Source: Eubacteriales bacterium (lineage in GTDB: Bacteria > Bacillota > Clostridia > Oscillospirales > CAG-272). Taken from it: 64,000 nucleotides of DNA. Under the pieces are notes generated by a model, which saw only the letters and a list, made by a program, of their open reading frames with translations, did no database searches and was not told where the DNA came from. Shown here in pieces: positions 1 to 9,705 of this stretch (positions are counted from its first letter, which is position 1; the number at the start of each line of letters is the position of its first letter). Where the stretch lies: the NCBI GenBank assembly GCA_045587385.1, contig JAZNCE010000128.1, positions 341 through 64,340 of the forward strand. The letters are read 5' to 3'. Position numbers and translations under genes: made by a program.

Positions 1-1087
1 CCACTTGACGCTTTTGCAGCGATTCACCGCGCTCCACCGAGGTAAAAGCGTCCGAAACCGACGGCTTTTTGGTCGGGATCTGCAGCTCGGGGCGTGCGGT
101 ATTGGCTTCCAGCGCTTGTCTGACCGCGTAGTAGACGCTTTCAAATACCGGCTTTTCGTTGGTAAACTTGACCTCTAATTTAGCGGGATGCACGTTGACG
201 TCCACGCGGGTGGGATTGAGCCCGATAAACAGCACGCAGCATGGGAACTTATCGGGTGCCATAAAGGAAGTAAACGCTTGCTCAAGGGCAGCAGATGCGG
301 TCTTGCTCTTGATATAGCGCGAGTTGATAAAGAAATTCTGATAGTTGCGGTTGGGGCGTGCGTTATCGGGGCGTCCGATATAGCCCTTGACCGTAATGCC
401 CTCGTATTCACCGTCCACCTCGATCAGGCGAGAGGCAAAATCCTTGCCGAACACCGCCCAAACGGCACTCTTCAAGCTACCGTCGCCTGCCGTTTCCAGC
501 TTGACGTTGCCGTCAATGATCAATCTAAAGGCGATCTCGGGGTGCGAGAGCGCGATCTTTTCGACGTTGGCACTCACCGCCATCGCCTCGGTCACGTCAC
601 GCTTTAAAAATTTACGGCGCGCGGGTACGTTGGCAAACAGATCCTCCGCGATCACGGTCGTGCCCACGGCACAGCCGCGCTCTACGATATCCACGATCTC
701 ACCGCAATGCACGTCCATCTGCGCGCCCAGTGCAGCGTCGGGCGTTTTAGACATAATACGCAGGCGCGATACCGCCGCAATCGCGGCAAGTGCTTCACCG
801 CGGAAGCCCAGCGTGGCAATGCCGTCCAGATCCTCCGCCTCGGAGATCTTACTGGTCGCGTGTCTGCGGATCGCCATGGGAAGATCCTCGGGCGGCATGC
901 CGTGCCCGTTATCGGACACGCGCATAAAGGTCACGCCACCGTTCTGAATTTCCACGGTGATGCGTGACGCGCCTGCGTCTATTGCATTTTCCATCATTTC
1001 CTTGATTGCGCTTGCAGGTCTGTCCACCACCTCACCGGCGGCAATCAGATTGGCAACCTCAAAGGAAAGCACGTTGATCTTACCCAT
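1..1087 (-). CDS. mutL: DNA mismatch repair protein MutL (5' part; runs off window)
   Basis: Not in ORF track. Minus strand from ATG at 1087 (RBS GGAG) reads MGKINVLSFEVANLIAAGEVVDRPASAIKEMMENAIDAG and later GFRGEALA, the GHKL ATPase motifs; directly downstream of mutS. Confidence 0.96.
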   Translation of the reverse strand, partial: MGKINVLSFEVANLIAAGEVVDRPASAIKEMMENAIDAGASRITVEIQNGGVTFMRVSDNGHGMPPEDLPMAIRRHATSKISEAEDLDGIATLGFRGEALAAIAAVSRLRIMSKTPDAALGAQMDVHCGEIVDIVERGCAVGTTVIAEDLFANVPARRKFLKRDVTEAMAVSANVEKIALSHPEIAFRLIIDGNVKLETAGDGSLKSAVWAVFGKDFASRLIEVDGEYEGITVKGYIGRPDNARPNRNYQNFFINSRYIKSKTASAALEQAFTSFMAPDKFPCCVLFIGLNPTRVDVNVHPAKLEVKFTNEKPVFESVYYAVRQALEANTARPELQIPTKKPSVSDAFTSVERGESLQKRQV

Positions 1088-1108
1088 AGTATCTCCAAAT
1101 TATAAAAA

Positions 1109-3700
1109 TTACATCAATCTCTTCTTGATATCGAATAAAAAGCTCATACACTCGTAAGGCGAGAGCGTATTGATATCCACGTTTTTGAGCTGCTCGATCA
1201 CCTGCTCGTTGATCTGATCCTCGATGGTGATGACATCTCTCTCCACTTTTTCCGAAGGCTCTGCCGCGGAAATTGCCTTGGCGGTCTGCTCCACGGAAAG
1301 CAGCACCTGCTTTGCGCGCTTGATCACGTCGTTTGGCAGACCCGCCAGCTTTGCTACTTCAATACCGTAGCTGTCATCGGTCGAGCCGCGCACGATCTTG
1401 CGCAAGAACGTAATGCTGTCGCCGCGCTTTTTAGCGGCAATGTTATAGTTGACAATGCCCTCGAACTCCTGCTCCATGCCCGTCAGCTCATGATAATGCG
1501 TGGCAAACAGGGTTTTCGCGCCAATGCGGCGGCTGTGGGTGTACTCCACGATGGCACGCGCGATGCTCATGCCGTCAAACGTGGAAGTACCTCTGCCGAC
1601 CTCGTCGTAAATGATCAAGCTCTTCTGCGTTGCGTTTTGCAGAATGTACGCCACCTCGGTCATCTCTAACATAAAGGTGGATTGACCCGACGCAAGGTCG
1701 TCCGACGCGCCCACGCGGGTAAAGATCTTATCCACGATACCAATGCGCGCCTCGTTTGCAGGGACAAAGCTGCCGATCTGCGCCATGAGCGTAATCAGCG
1801 CGACCTGGCGCATGTAGGTAGATTTACCTGCCATGTTGGGACCCGTGATCAGCATCAGTCTGTTCGCGCCCGTGTCAAGATTTGCATCGTTGGGCACGAA
1901 ATACGTATCCTTAACGAACTGCTCGACCACGGGGTGTCTGCCGTCCTTGATGTAGATCGCGTCGCTTGTATCCACCTCGGGACGCACGTACTTGTTGCGT
2001 GCGGCAACCGTGGCAAGAGAAAGATATACGTCAATCTTGGCAAGCAACGCTGCCGTGCTCTGCACGCGCGTGCTGTTCTGCGCCACGTACGCACGGATCT
2101 CCTGGAACAGCTCGTATTCCAGAGCGCACACGCGGTCGCCTGCGCCGAGGATCTTGGCTTCCATTGTTTTGAGCTCCTCGGTAATATAACGCTCACCGTT
2201 TACCAAGGTCTGCTTACGGATAAAGTAATCGGGCACCTGATCGGTAAAGGAACGGCTGACCTCAATATAGTAGCCGAACACCTTGTTGTATCCCATTTTC
2301 AGCGTCTTGATGCCTGTACGCTCACGCTCGGCAGCCACCATTTGCTCCACCCAGGATTTACCGTCGTGCATAATGGCACGCAGCTCGTCCACCTCCCGGG
2401 AGTAGCCGGGGGCGATCATGCCGCCGTCACGTACCGAGAAGGGCGGCTCCTCGCAAATGCCCGCGTTGATCTTACTTGAGATATCCTCCAAGAGATCCAG
2501 CTCGCGATAGATGCTTACAAGCTCCTCGCTCTTGCAGCCCTGCAGCAGCTTTTTGACCTCGGGCAGCACGGCAGCCGTATTGGCAACCGCGCGCAGATCC
2601 TTGGCGTTTGCCGTACCGTACACGATACGGGTCATCAGTCTTTCAAGGTCAAGCACGTCAGAAAGCAGCTCGGAAAGCTCCTCGCGCAACATAAAGCTGT
2701 CGTAAAGCTCCTCGATCGCGCTTTGTCTGCGGTGGATGGTACCTACCGATAGCAAGGGGTGCTCCACCCAACTGCGCAACAGACGCGCACCGGGCGAGGT
2801 CTTGGTCTTATCCAGTACCCAAAGCAAAGAGCCCTTCTTCTCTTTTGCGCGCATGGTTTCGCAAAGCTCCAAATTGCGGCGCGTGTTGGCATCCATCTCC
2901 AGGTACTGTCCGTCCGAATAGACCTGCAGATCTTTGAGATAAGGCGACTCGGTCTTTTGCGTTTCGTAAATATAATCGATCAGCGCACCGACGGCGCAGA
3001 CAAGGGGCTTGTCCGCAGTATCCTGCGCCTTGACACTCTCTCCAAAGCGCTCCTTGACGCGCGCAAGCGCGTCCGCATATTCAAATCTGCCGGGCTGATT
3101 GTCACCGATCATCGCGCCAAGTCTGTCCGTGACAAACGAAGCGATCTCGGGGATCGCCTTGCGCGACAGATTGACGATCACCTCGCGCGGTGCGTAGGTG
3201 GCAAGCTCGTTGCAAAGTCTTGTCTGTGCAGCTTCACCGTCAAAGGAGGTTGCACAGATCTGCGCGGTGGAAACGTCTGCAAAGCACACGCCGATGGCGT
3301 ACTCACCCACGTAGATCGCGCAAAGATAATTATTCTTTTGCTCCGAGAGCAGCGCACTTTCAATGACCGTGCCGGGGGTAACCACGCGCACTACGTCGCG
3401 CTTGACAAGTCCCTTTGCCAGCGCAGGGTCTTCCACCTGCTCGCAAATGGCAACCTTGTAGCCCTTGGAGATCAGTCTGCCTATGTAGCTCTCTGCCGAA
3501 TGGAAGGGCACGCCGCACATGGGCGCGCGCTCGGCTTCACCGCAATCCCTGCCCGTCAGCGTCAGCTCCAGCTCGCGCGATGCAGTGATGGCGTCGTCGA
3601 AAAACATCTCGTAAAAGTCGCCCAGACGGTAAAACAGCAGATGATCCTTGTATTTATTTTTGACCTCAAAATATTGCTCCATCATGGGAGTCATGGTCAT
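1109..3700 (-). CDS. mutS: DNA mismatch repair protein MutS
   Basis: TPMMEQY, FYRLGDFYEMF, Walker A ITGPNMAGKST, DEVGRGTST, FATHYHEL. Confidence 0.98.
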   Translation of the reverse strand: MTMTPMMEQYFEVKNKYKDHLLFYRLGDFYEMFFDDAITASRELELTLTGRDCGEAERAPMCGVPFHSAESYIGRLISKGYKVAICEQVEDPALAKGLVKRDVVRVVTPGTVIESALLSEQKNNYLCAIYVGEYAIGVCFADVSTAQICATSFDGEAAQTRLCNELATYAPREVIVNLSRKAIPEIASFVTDRLGAMIGDNQPGRFEYADALARVKERFGESVKAQDTADKPLVCAVGALIDYIYETQKTESPYLKDLQVYSDGQYLEMDANTRRNLELCETMRAKEKKGSLLWVLDKTKTSPGARLLRSWVEHPLLSVGTIHRRQSAIEELYDSFMLREELSELLSDVLDLERLMTRIVYGTANAKDLRAVANTAAVLPEVKKLLQGCKSEELVSIYRELDLLEDISSKINAGICEEPPFSVRDGGMIAPGYSREVDELRAIMHDGKSWVEQMVAAERERTGIKTLKMGYNKVFGYYIEVSRSFTDQVPDYFIRKQTLVNGERYITEELKTMEAKILGAGDRVCALEYELFQEIRAYVAQNSTRVQSTAALLAKIDVYLSLATVAARNKYVRPEVDTSDAIYIKDGRHPVVEQFVKDTYFVPNDANLDTGANRLMLITGPNMAGKSTYMRQVALITLMAQIGSFVPANEARIGIVDKIFTRVGASDDLASGQSTFMLEMTEVAYILQNATQKSLIIYDEVGRGTSTFDGMSIARAIVEYTHSRRIGAKTLFATHYHELTGMEQEFEGIVNYNIAAKKRGDSITFLRKIVRGSTDDSYGIEVAKLAGLPNDVIKRAKQVLLSVEQTAKAISAAEPSEKVERDVITIEDQINEQVIEQLKNVDINTLSPYECMSFLFDIKKRLM

Positions 3701-3721
3701 AATCCTCGCTTTTCTCTGAAA

Positions 3722-4114
3722 TTAGTGAGAGCAGCCTCCGCCGCAGGTAGAGCAGTCGTGGGTGCAGGAAGAGGGCATTTCACCCGTGATCTCAAAGGTG
3801 ATGGTGTTGTTGACCGCGTTCATGAGCGCATTGACCTCCTCTTGTGCAGCCTCCAGCTCCACGTAAACGGGGTGTGCCACGATCTGATCATAAAGCTGAT
3901 TGATGCGATCCTGAATCATTTCGAGGAATCTCGCCTCAACGTCCTTCTGGCCTGCGGTCTTCTCCAGCGCGATCTGCTGTACCTGATATTCGCGCATCAG
4001 CGTGCGCAGCTCGCCGTCGGTTTCATATGCTTCCTTGGCTTTTGCCATACGTACCAATCTTTCATCCTTCTTGAGCTCCTGTCCGAGCTGTGCTGCAAGT
4101 GCAAATATTTCCAT
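3722..4114 (-). CDS. YlbF/YmcA (RicA/RicF-like) family regulator with Cys-rich C-terminus
   Basis: 130 aa helical protein ending CTHDCSTCGGGCSH; between miaB and mutS, as ymcA is in Bacillus. Confidence 0.8.
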   Translation of the reverse strand: MEIFALAAQLGQELKKDERLVRMAKAKEAYETDGELRTLMREYQVQQIALEKTAGQKDVEARFLEMIQDRINQLYDQIVAHPVYVELEAAQEEVNALMNAVNNTITFEITGEMPSSCTHDCSTCGGGCSH

Positions 4115-4144
4115 TGTTTTTATCCTCTTTTCTAATGTTTTCTT

Positions 4145-5542
4145 TTAGTTACAAATTTCTCCCCAGAGTGCAAAGGCATCGGCGCGGTCGATCTTGACCT
4201 GCACGAACTTGCCCACCTGCTCGGGCGTTGCGGTAAAGAACACGATCTTGTTCCCTTCCTCGCGTCCCGAATAGATCTCGGGGTTGTTCTTACTCGGTCC
4301 GTCGCAAAGCACGCGGATGGTTTTGCCCACCATGGGCTGATTTTTCCCGAGTGCAATATCGTGCTGCAGCGCAAGCAAGCGGTCAAACCGCTCGCCCTTG
4401 ATTTTCGGGTCGATCTGCTCCTTCTCTGCCGCGGGCGTGCCCTTTCTGGGGGAATAGATAAACGAGAACAGCATATCAAAGCGCACCGTGCGCAAAATAT
4501 CCATGGTGTCCTCAAAGTCGGCGTCCGTTTCTCCGGGGAAGCCTACGATAATATCCGAGGAAAGTGCCGCATCGGGCATCTTCTCGCGGATGTAGCGCAC
4601 GATATCGAGGTATCTTGCCTTGTCATAGTGGCGGTTCATGGCTTTGAGTATGCTATCGCTGCCCGATTGCAGGGGCAGGTGGAACTGATGCGCGATATGC
4701 TTCGAGCTTGCCATGACGTCGATCAGCTTATAGCTTGCGTCCTTGGGATGGCTGGTCATAAAGCGCAGCACGTATTCGCCCTCAATCTTGTCAAGCTCTG
4801 ATAGCAGGTCGGCAAAATCGTAGTCCTTGCCCTTGGCGTAGGAGTTGACGTTCTGCCCAAGCAAGGTAATATCCTTGTAGCCGCGTGCGACCAGCTCCTT
4901 GACCTCGGCAATCACCTCGTCCTTATCTCTGCTTCTCTCCCTGCCGCGCACGTAAGGCACGATGCAGTAGGAGCAGAAATTGTTGCAGCCGTACATGATG
5001 GATACCCATGCGCGATAGTTGCTGCTGCGCGTGATGGGCATACCCTCTGCAACCACGTACTCGGTCTCCTCGGGGCAGAAAATGCGGCGGGAGCGCGCGA
5101 TCTTTTGCCAGAGCAGCTCGGGGAAACGGTGCAAGGACGCAGTGCCGAAGGTCAGGTCCACGTAAGGGTACTTGTGCTTGATATCCTCGCGGCGGTGCTC
5201 CTGCGCCACCATGCAGCCGCAAACGGCAATGATCAGCGAGGGCTTTTTTGCTTTTAAGTGCTTATACTGCCCCACAATGGAGAGTGCCTTTTGCTCGGCA
5301 TGCTCACGGATGGCGCAGGTGTTGACCGCGATCAGATCGGCGTCGGCAGGGTCGTCACAGAGCTCGTAGCCCATGTCCTGCGCCATGCCCGCAAGCTTTT
5401 CGCTGTCTGCCTCGTTTTGCTGGCAGCCAAAGGTCAGCACAAAGCATTTCGGCGCGTGTCCCAGCACCTCTGCAAGCTGTCCCGTAAAGCCGCGCAGCTT
5501 CTCTATATACACCTGTGCTTCTTGGTAATTTTGTTGGTTCAT
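4145..5542 (-). CDS. miaB: tRNA-2-methylthio-N6-isopentenyladenosine synthase MiaB
   Basis: TFGCQQNEADSE, NTCAIRE, radical SAM motif GCNNFCSYC, C-terminal TRAM domain. Confidence 0.96.
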   Translation of the reverse strand: MNQQNYQEAQVYIEKLRGFTGQLAEVLGHAPKCFVLTFGCQQNEADSEKLAGMAQDMGYELCDDPADADLIAVNTCAIREHAEQKALSIVGQYKHLKAKKPSLIIAVCGCMVAQEHRREDIKHKYPYVDLTFGTASLHRFPELLWQKIARSRRIFCPEETEYVVAEGMPITRSSNYRAWVSIMYGCNNFCSYCIVPYVRGRERSRDKDEVIAEVKELVARGYKDITLLGQNVNSYAKGKDYDFADLLSELDKIEGEYVLRFMTSHPKDASYKLIDVMASSKHIAHQFHLPLQSGSDSILKAMNRHYDKARYLDIVRYIREKMPDAALSSDIIVGFPGETDADFEDTMDILRTVRFDMLFSFIYSPRKGTPAAEKEQIDPKIKGERFDRLLALQHDIALGKNQPMVGKTIRVLCDGPSKNNPEIYSGREEGNKIVFFTATPEQVGKFVQVKIDRADAFALWGEICN

Positions 5543-5582
5543 TTGCGTATTTATCCTTAATATTATAGTATCTCAATTTATT

Positions 5583-5612
5583 ATTATACTACATAAATAC
5601 GCGCATTGTCAA
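5583..5612 (-). promoter_or_regulatory. sigma-A promoter for miaB-mutSL
   Basis: Minus strand TTGACA-N18-TATAAT. Confidence 0.7.
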
Positions 5613-6685
5613 GGATTTTGTAAAATTGCATTGCAAAATGTAGCGGTAAATCGCTCCTTGGCATCAAAATCCATGGCGGCGGTGTAAATGCTCTCCAACT
5701 CAAAATGGTACTCGCCCGCGCGCGCAAAGCTATCGGCTGCCGCATTGATCGCGCTGTCCGCCAGCTTCCCCGCAAGCCGCGCCTCGCCTCTCACACCGCG
5801 CAGGGCGTCGGGATCACACACGCGGCGCAGATCGATGCGCTGCACGTCCTTGCCTGCGGTATTTTGTACTTCACTTGCCGTGATGCAAAGGCGGTTATCG
5901 GGAAAATACAGCGTGACGGTCTTATCCGGAAACAGCACGTGCGGTGCGCGACGCACGGCACATCCGCGCTCCTTTGCCATGCGATACAGCGCATCCATGA
6001 GCGTATATTCCACACCGTAAAAGGGCGAGAGCACCACAAGGCGATCGGCAGCCCTTTCATAGGTGTCAAAATGCACCCTGCCGCGCATGCCGATGCTATC
6101 CGAAAGCCCGATGCGCTCGTCAAAATCTCGCCCCTTGGGGTAAAGGCGCGAGATCTTGGCGGCAAGGCGCGAAATCTTATCCCCGTCCACGCAAGGTGCA
6201 ATCAGGCTGTCACGTGCCGTCAGCATCTTGCCTGCCGCCGAGAGATAGGCATAGCTGCGATCAAAGCAAGCCTGCTTATACCCCATCAGCGTGCGAATGC
6301 GCGCTGCATGCTTGGCAAGCTTTTCCCGATCCCAAAAGTCACCAAGATTGACGATGACGTCACGCACACCGGGCAAAGTCGGCTCCATGACGTGCGGCGC
6401 GGTGGAGTCTGCAAGGGCGATGCAGCCGTGCCGCGGATGGGTCAGGATCACACCGTCAAGCGAGCCGGGGTCGGAGGAGCAGGCGTAATATTCCGCATGC
6501 CAGCCAAGCCGCGCCGCCTCGGTTGCCACGTCACCGATAAAGCGGCTCTTGCCCGTCCCGGGGCCGCCCTTGATCATATAAAGCCGCGAAATGCGCGCAT
6601 CCGCAAAGCACCGCTCAAAGTAGCTGACAAAGCCCCGCGCCGAATTGGCAGACGCAAAATAGATCTGTTTGCTGTTTTCTTGCAT
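5609..6685 (-). CDS. Conserved P-loop ATPase-like protein (PRK06851-like)
   Basis: Start MQENSK at 6685 with RBS GAGGGG; YFASANSARGFVSYF, IKGGPGTGKS Walker A, CSSDPGSLDG, DSTAPH. Confidence 0.75.
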   Translation of the reverse strand: MQENSKQIYFASANSARGFVSYFERCFADARISRLYMIKGGPGTGKSRFIGDVATEAARLGWHAEYYACSSDPGSLDGVILTHPRHGCIALADSTAPHVMEPTLPGVRDVIVNLGDFWDREKLAKHAARIRTLMGYKQACFDRSYAYLSAAGKMLTARDSLIAPCVDGDKISRLAAKISRLYPKGRDFDERIGLSDSIGMRGRVHFDTYERAADRLVVLSPFYGVEYTLMDALYRMAKERGCAVRRAPHVLFPDKTVTLYFPDNRLCITASEVQNTAGKDVQRIDLRRVCDPDALRGVRGEARLAGKLADSAINAAADSFARAGEYHFELESIYTAAMDFDAKERFTATFCNAILQNP

Positions 6686-6766
6686 ACAAATTCCCCTCTG
6701 TTTGGTATTTTTACTGCCATTGTATGCAAATGCGAAGTAAGATGATAATACGTAAAGCATCCGACC

Positions 6767-6870
6767 GTAGGGGCGAGAATTTCGGCAAAGCCGAAATATG
6801 TGATCGCCCGCGCATCCCCTCCGTAGGGGCGACCATCGGCCGTCCGCGGGCGATCACTGATCGCCCCTAC
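6767..6870. repeat. GTAG-type REP-like palindrome cluster
   Basis: GTAGGGGCGA...TCGCCCG, GTAGGGGCGACCATCGGCCGTCCG and inverted CGGGCGATCACTGATCGCCCCTAC. Confidence 0.75.
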
Positions 6871-7110
6871 ACTGTGCATCACTCTCACAAGTATAAAAAA
6901 AGGCTGAAGCCAGCCCCTTTTATATCATTCCCTTGTGATAATACTGACCCCCACGGGGAGGCTTTTCGCGCTCGCCTTGTTTTGATATTACACAAAAAAC
7001 AAAAAATATGATATAATATAAAAAAGTTTTCATCGGAGTGTGGTGTAAGTGCAATTTTTCCCGTTATTAAGGGTGAAGGACTTCAAGAACACACGAAAGG
7101 AGTGTGAAAA

Positions 7111-7668
7111 ATGGAAGATAAGCAGATAGTAGATCTATACTTTGAGCGCTCGGAGTCTGCTATCACAGAAACCGATAAGAAATACGGACGGTACTGCCAT
7201 GCAATCGCATATCGCATTCTCAAAAATATTGAGGACGCAAAGGAGATCGTCAACGATACGTATCTTAAAACGTGGAATACCATTCCACCCAATCGCCCCG
7301 ATCCGCTAAAATCCTACGTTGGGATGATAAGCCGTCAGCTCTCTCTTGACCGTTATGAGGGATACCACGCGCAAAAGCGCGGCGGGCAGGTGTCGATCGT
7401 GCTGGACGAGCTTACCGAGTGTATTCCCGTGGGTAACAGCGGTGAGGATATTGGTGAGAGTGTTGCCCTTTCTGAAGCGTTAAGCCGCTTTTTGCGAACA
7501 TTGCCGCAAAAAACGCGGAATATCTTTGTTCGTCGGTATTTCTATATGAGCTCTGTTGCTGAAATTGCACGTGATTTTTCCATGAAGGAAAACAACGTGA
7601 CAATGTATTTACTCCGCACTCGCAAGAAATTAGAGCAATATTTGAAAAAGGAGGGCTTTGATATATGA
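7111..7668 (+). CDS. ECF-type RNA polymerase sigma-70 factor
   Basis: MEDKQIVDLYFERSESAI, EDAKEIVNDTYLKTW (region 2), LRTLPQKTRNIFVRRYFYMSSVAEIA (region 4). Confidence 0.93.
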   Translation: MEDKQIVDLYFERSESAITETDKKYGRYCHAIAYRILKNIEDAKEIVNDTYLKTWNTIPPNRPDPLKSYVGMISRQLSLDRYEGYHAQKRGGQVSIVLDELTECIPVGNSGEDIGESVALSEALSRFLRTLPQKTRNIFVRRYFYMSSVAEIARDFSMKENNVTMYLLRTRKKLEQYLKKEGFDI

Positions 7669-8327
7669 CAAATACGAATTTGTTGCAAGCCATGGGGCGC
7701 ATTGATCCCGAATTGATCGCAGATGCTGCTCCCGACGCAGCGCATAAACGGAAAGCGAAAGCCAAATTAAAATTGATTTGGATTGCTGCTGCAGTTGCGG
7801 CATGCCTGCTGCTCTCTATTGTAATTGTATCAGCTACCCAAGACTTGACTGTCCGAGAGTTTCTTCTGTCTGTTATGGATCAATTTAATGTGATAAAGCC
7901 CGGCGAATCTATCGAAGGCGGGAATATTACAGTAATCAAAGGCGATGAAATGAGTGTTTTTTCATCTATAGAAGAAGCAGCAGCGCATTGTTCATTCGAT
8001 TGCATGTTCCCCAAGGTCTTGCCGAGTGGGACTTACGTGAAAAAAATCATTGAGACAATGGGTCCATCTCTTGATTATAAAACCATTATGTTTGATACTA
8101 ATATGGATAATATTAACATTTGTGTGCACGATCGTATAACAATTGATACTACCGAATGGAAAAATACACAAATGTACCAAGCGAAACACATAACGTTTAC
8201 CATCATAGAGTTTAGAGACGAGCGACAGGCGGTAGGCGTATGCGATGGAATAGAATATGTCATCTATTGCCAAGGAATCGATGAATCGGATTTTTTGATG
8301 ATTCTTGATGGAATATCGGAAGAATAG
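7665..8327 (+). CDS. Probable membrane-anchored anti-sigma factor
   Basis: ATGA overlap with sigma gene; N-terminal LLQAMGRIDPELIADA, basic patch, one TM helix, extracellular domain. Confidence 0.75.
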   Translation: MTNTNLLQAMGRIDPELIADAAPDAAHKRKAKAKLKLIWIAAAVAACLLLSIVIVSATQDLTVREFLLSVMDQFNVIKPGESIEGGNITVIKGDEMSVFSSIEEAAAHCSFDCMFPKVLPSGTYVKKIIETMGPSLDYKTIMFDTNMDNINICVHDRITIDTTEWKNTQMYQAKHITFTIIEFRDERQAVGVCDGIEYVIYCQGIDESDFLMILDGISEE

Positions 8328-8360
8328 CGTTGACTTTTGACACAAGGGGAAACCAATGAA

Positions 8361-8957
8361 ATGAAAAACAGAAATAGAGTAGAACAATATTTTTATCAAA
8401 AGGATTTTTCCATAGTTGAGATCATAGTGCTGATTTTAGCGATTATTTCTTTGATAGTAGCCACATTCGTACAAGGTGGAGGCCCTATAGGTCTTCCTGC
8501 TTTTCTGATTTGCATTATCGTCTTTTGCATATATCGCTCTTTCAAAATCAAAGATGCCGAAATCGATCAAACACTAAAAAGAATAATGCAGGATAATAAA
8601 ATCGAGTGTTCAGAAAATGGTATTCAATGTTATGAATTAAAAGGGACTGTAATAAAGAAAAGAAAGGACGGAAAATTTATTTCTCCGAATTATTATATTA
8701 CTAATATTGTCTTTTCATCAGAGGATACTCTTTTTAATATCTATATCATCGATTTAATTAAGAGATCTGTAGAAACAGTTTCCTGTAGTGTAAAATGTAC
8801 TGAAAAAATAACTCTAACAGAGGAAACAATTAAGACCAGTGCTGGACTCGCTAAAGTGGCTCACCTTGAAATTGAAGATACTTGCGTAATTCCTGTCACA
8901 CTCAATGAATATAAAACATCTCAATTAGTGCAAAACATTTGCGATATACACAAATAA
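8361..8957 (+). CDS. Hypothetical membrane protein (2 N-terminal TM helices)
   Basis: AT-rich ORF, ATG at 8361 after AAGGGG; hydrophobic hairpin then soluble domain. Confidence 0.7.
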   Translation: MKNRNRVEQYFYQKDFSIVEIIVLILAIISLIVATFVQGGGPIGLPAFLICIIVFCIYRSFKIKDAEIDQTLKRIMQDNKIECSENGIQCYELKGTVIKKRKDGKFISPNYYITNIVFSSEDTLFNIYIIDLIKRSVETVSCSVKCTEKITLTEETIKTSAGLAKVAHLEIEDTCVIPVTLNEYKTSQLVQNICDIHK

Positions 8958-8986
8958 AGCATTTTGTTTTTATAGGGGGTAATAGA

Positions 8987-9610
8987 ATGGCGATGAATAA
9001 GGACTTGCCCAGAGATATAGCTAAACACGTTAATAGAAAAATTGCACGATGCATAATCATATTTGTGCTTTTGGAAAGTATTGCGATTGGAATTAGCATT
9101 TTCTCTCGGGAGTACCTAACAGCAAATACCAACATTGCTTTTTATATATTCATTGTTCTATTCCTTTGCATAATCCCTTTTTTCGTATCGGGGTTTCCAT
9201 TTAAACTAATTGACAAATCATGGCGCGGGATCGTGACAGATGTTCTTATTAAAGAGGAAACAGGAACATTTATGGCAGGCGGTGGCAAGGCCTTCCCGTA
9301 TGACAAGAATGTTATATACTTGAAAGTAAAAAAAGATAATGGGAAAGAGATGCGCATAACTGCTCGTGAGTTTGGAATCCGATCTCACGCAGGATTCCCC
9401 GTTCCAAACGAGGGGGATATTACGCAGCATTTGAACGAGTACTCTGTTGGAGACATCGTGTATCATTTTTATGGTTTGAAGCATAATTACATTGTTAAGA
9501 AAAATTCGGAAATGATAGAGTGTGTTGTATGCGGTTCCCAAAATCAAAAAGATCGTAGCGATTGCTTAAATTGTGGGCATTCGCTTGTAAAAATGCAGTG
9601 TAATAGATAA
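8987..9610 (+). CDS. Hypothetical membrane protein with C-terminal zinc ribbon
   Basis: RBS GGGGGT; two TM segments; C-terminal CVVC...CLNC. Confidence 0.72.
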   Translation: MAMNKDLPRDIAKHVNRKIARCIIIFVLLESIAIGISIFSREYLTANTNIAFYIFIVLFLCIIPFFVSGFPFKLIDKSWRGIVTDVLIKEETGTFMAGGGKAFPYDKNVIYLKVKKDNGKEMRITAREFGIRSHAGFPVPNEGDITQHLNEYSVGDIVYHFYGLKHNYIVKKNSEMIECVVCGSQNQKDRSDCLNCGHSLVKMQCNR

Positions 9611-9705
9611 TCCTAATATCTTGTTTATTGCAATTGCTTGAATCAACAATTGCTTTATATGGCATATCAAATCTTATAAAAAATCAAACAAGGAGCAATA
9701 ACAAA

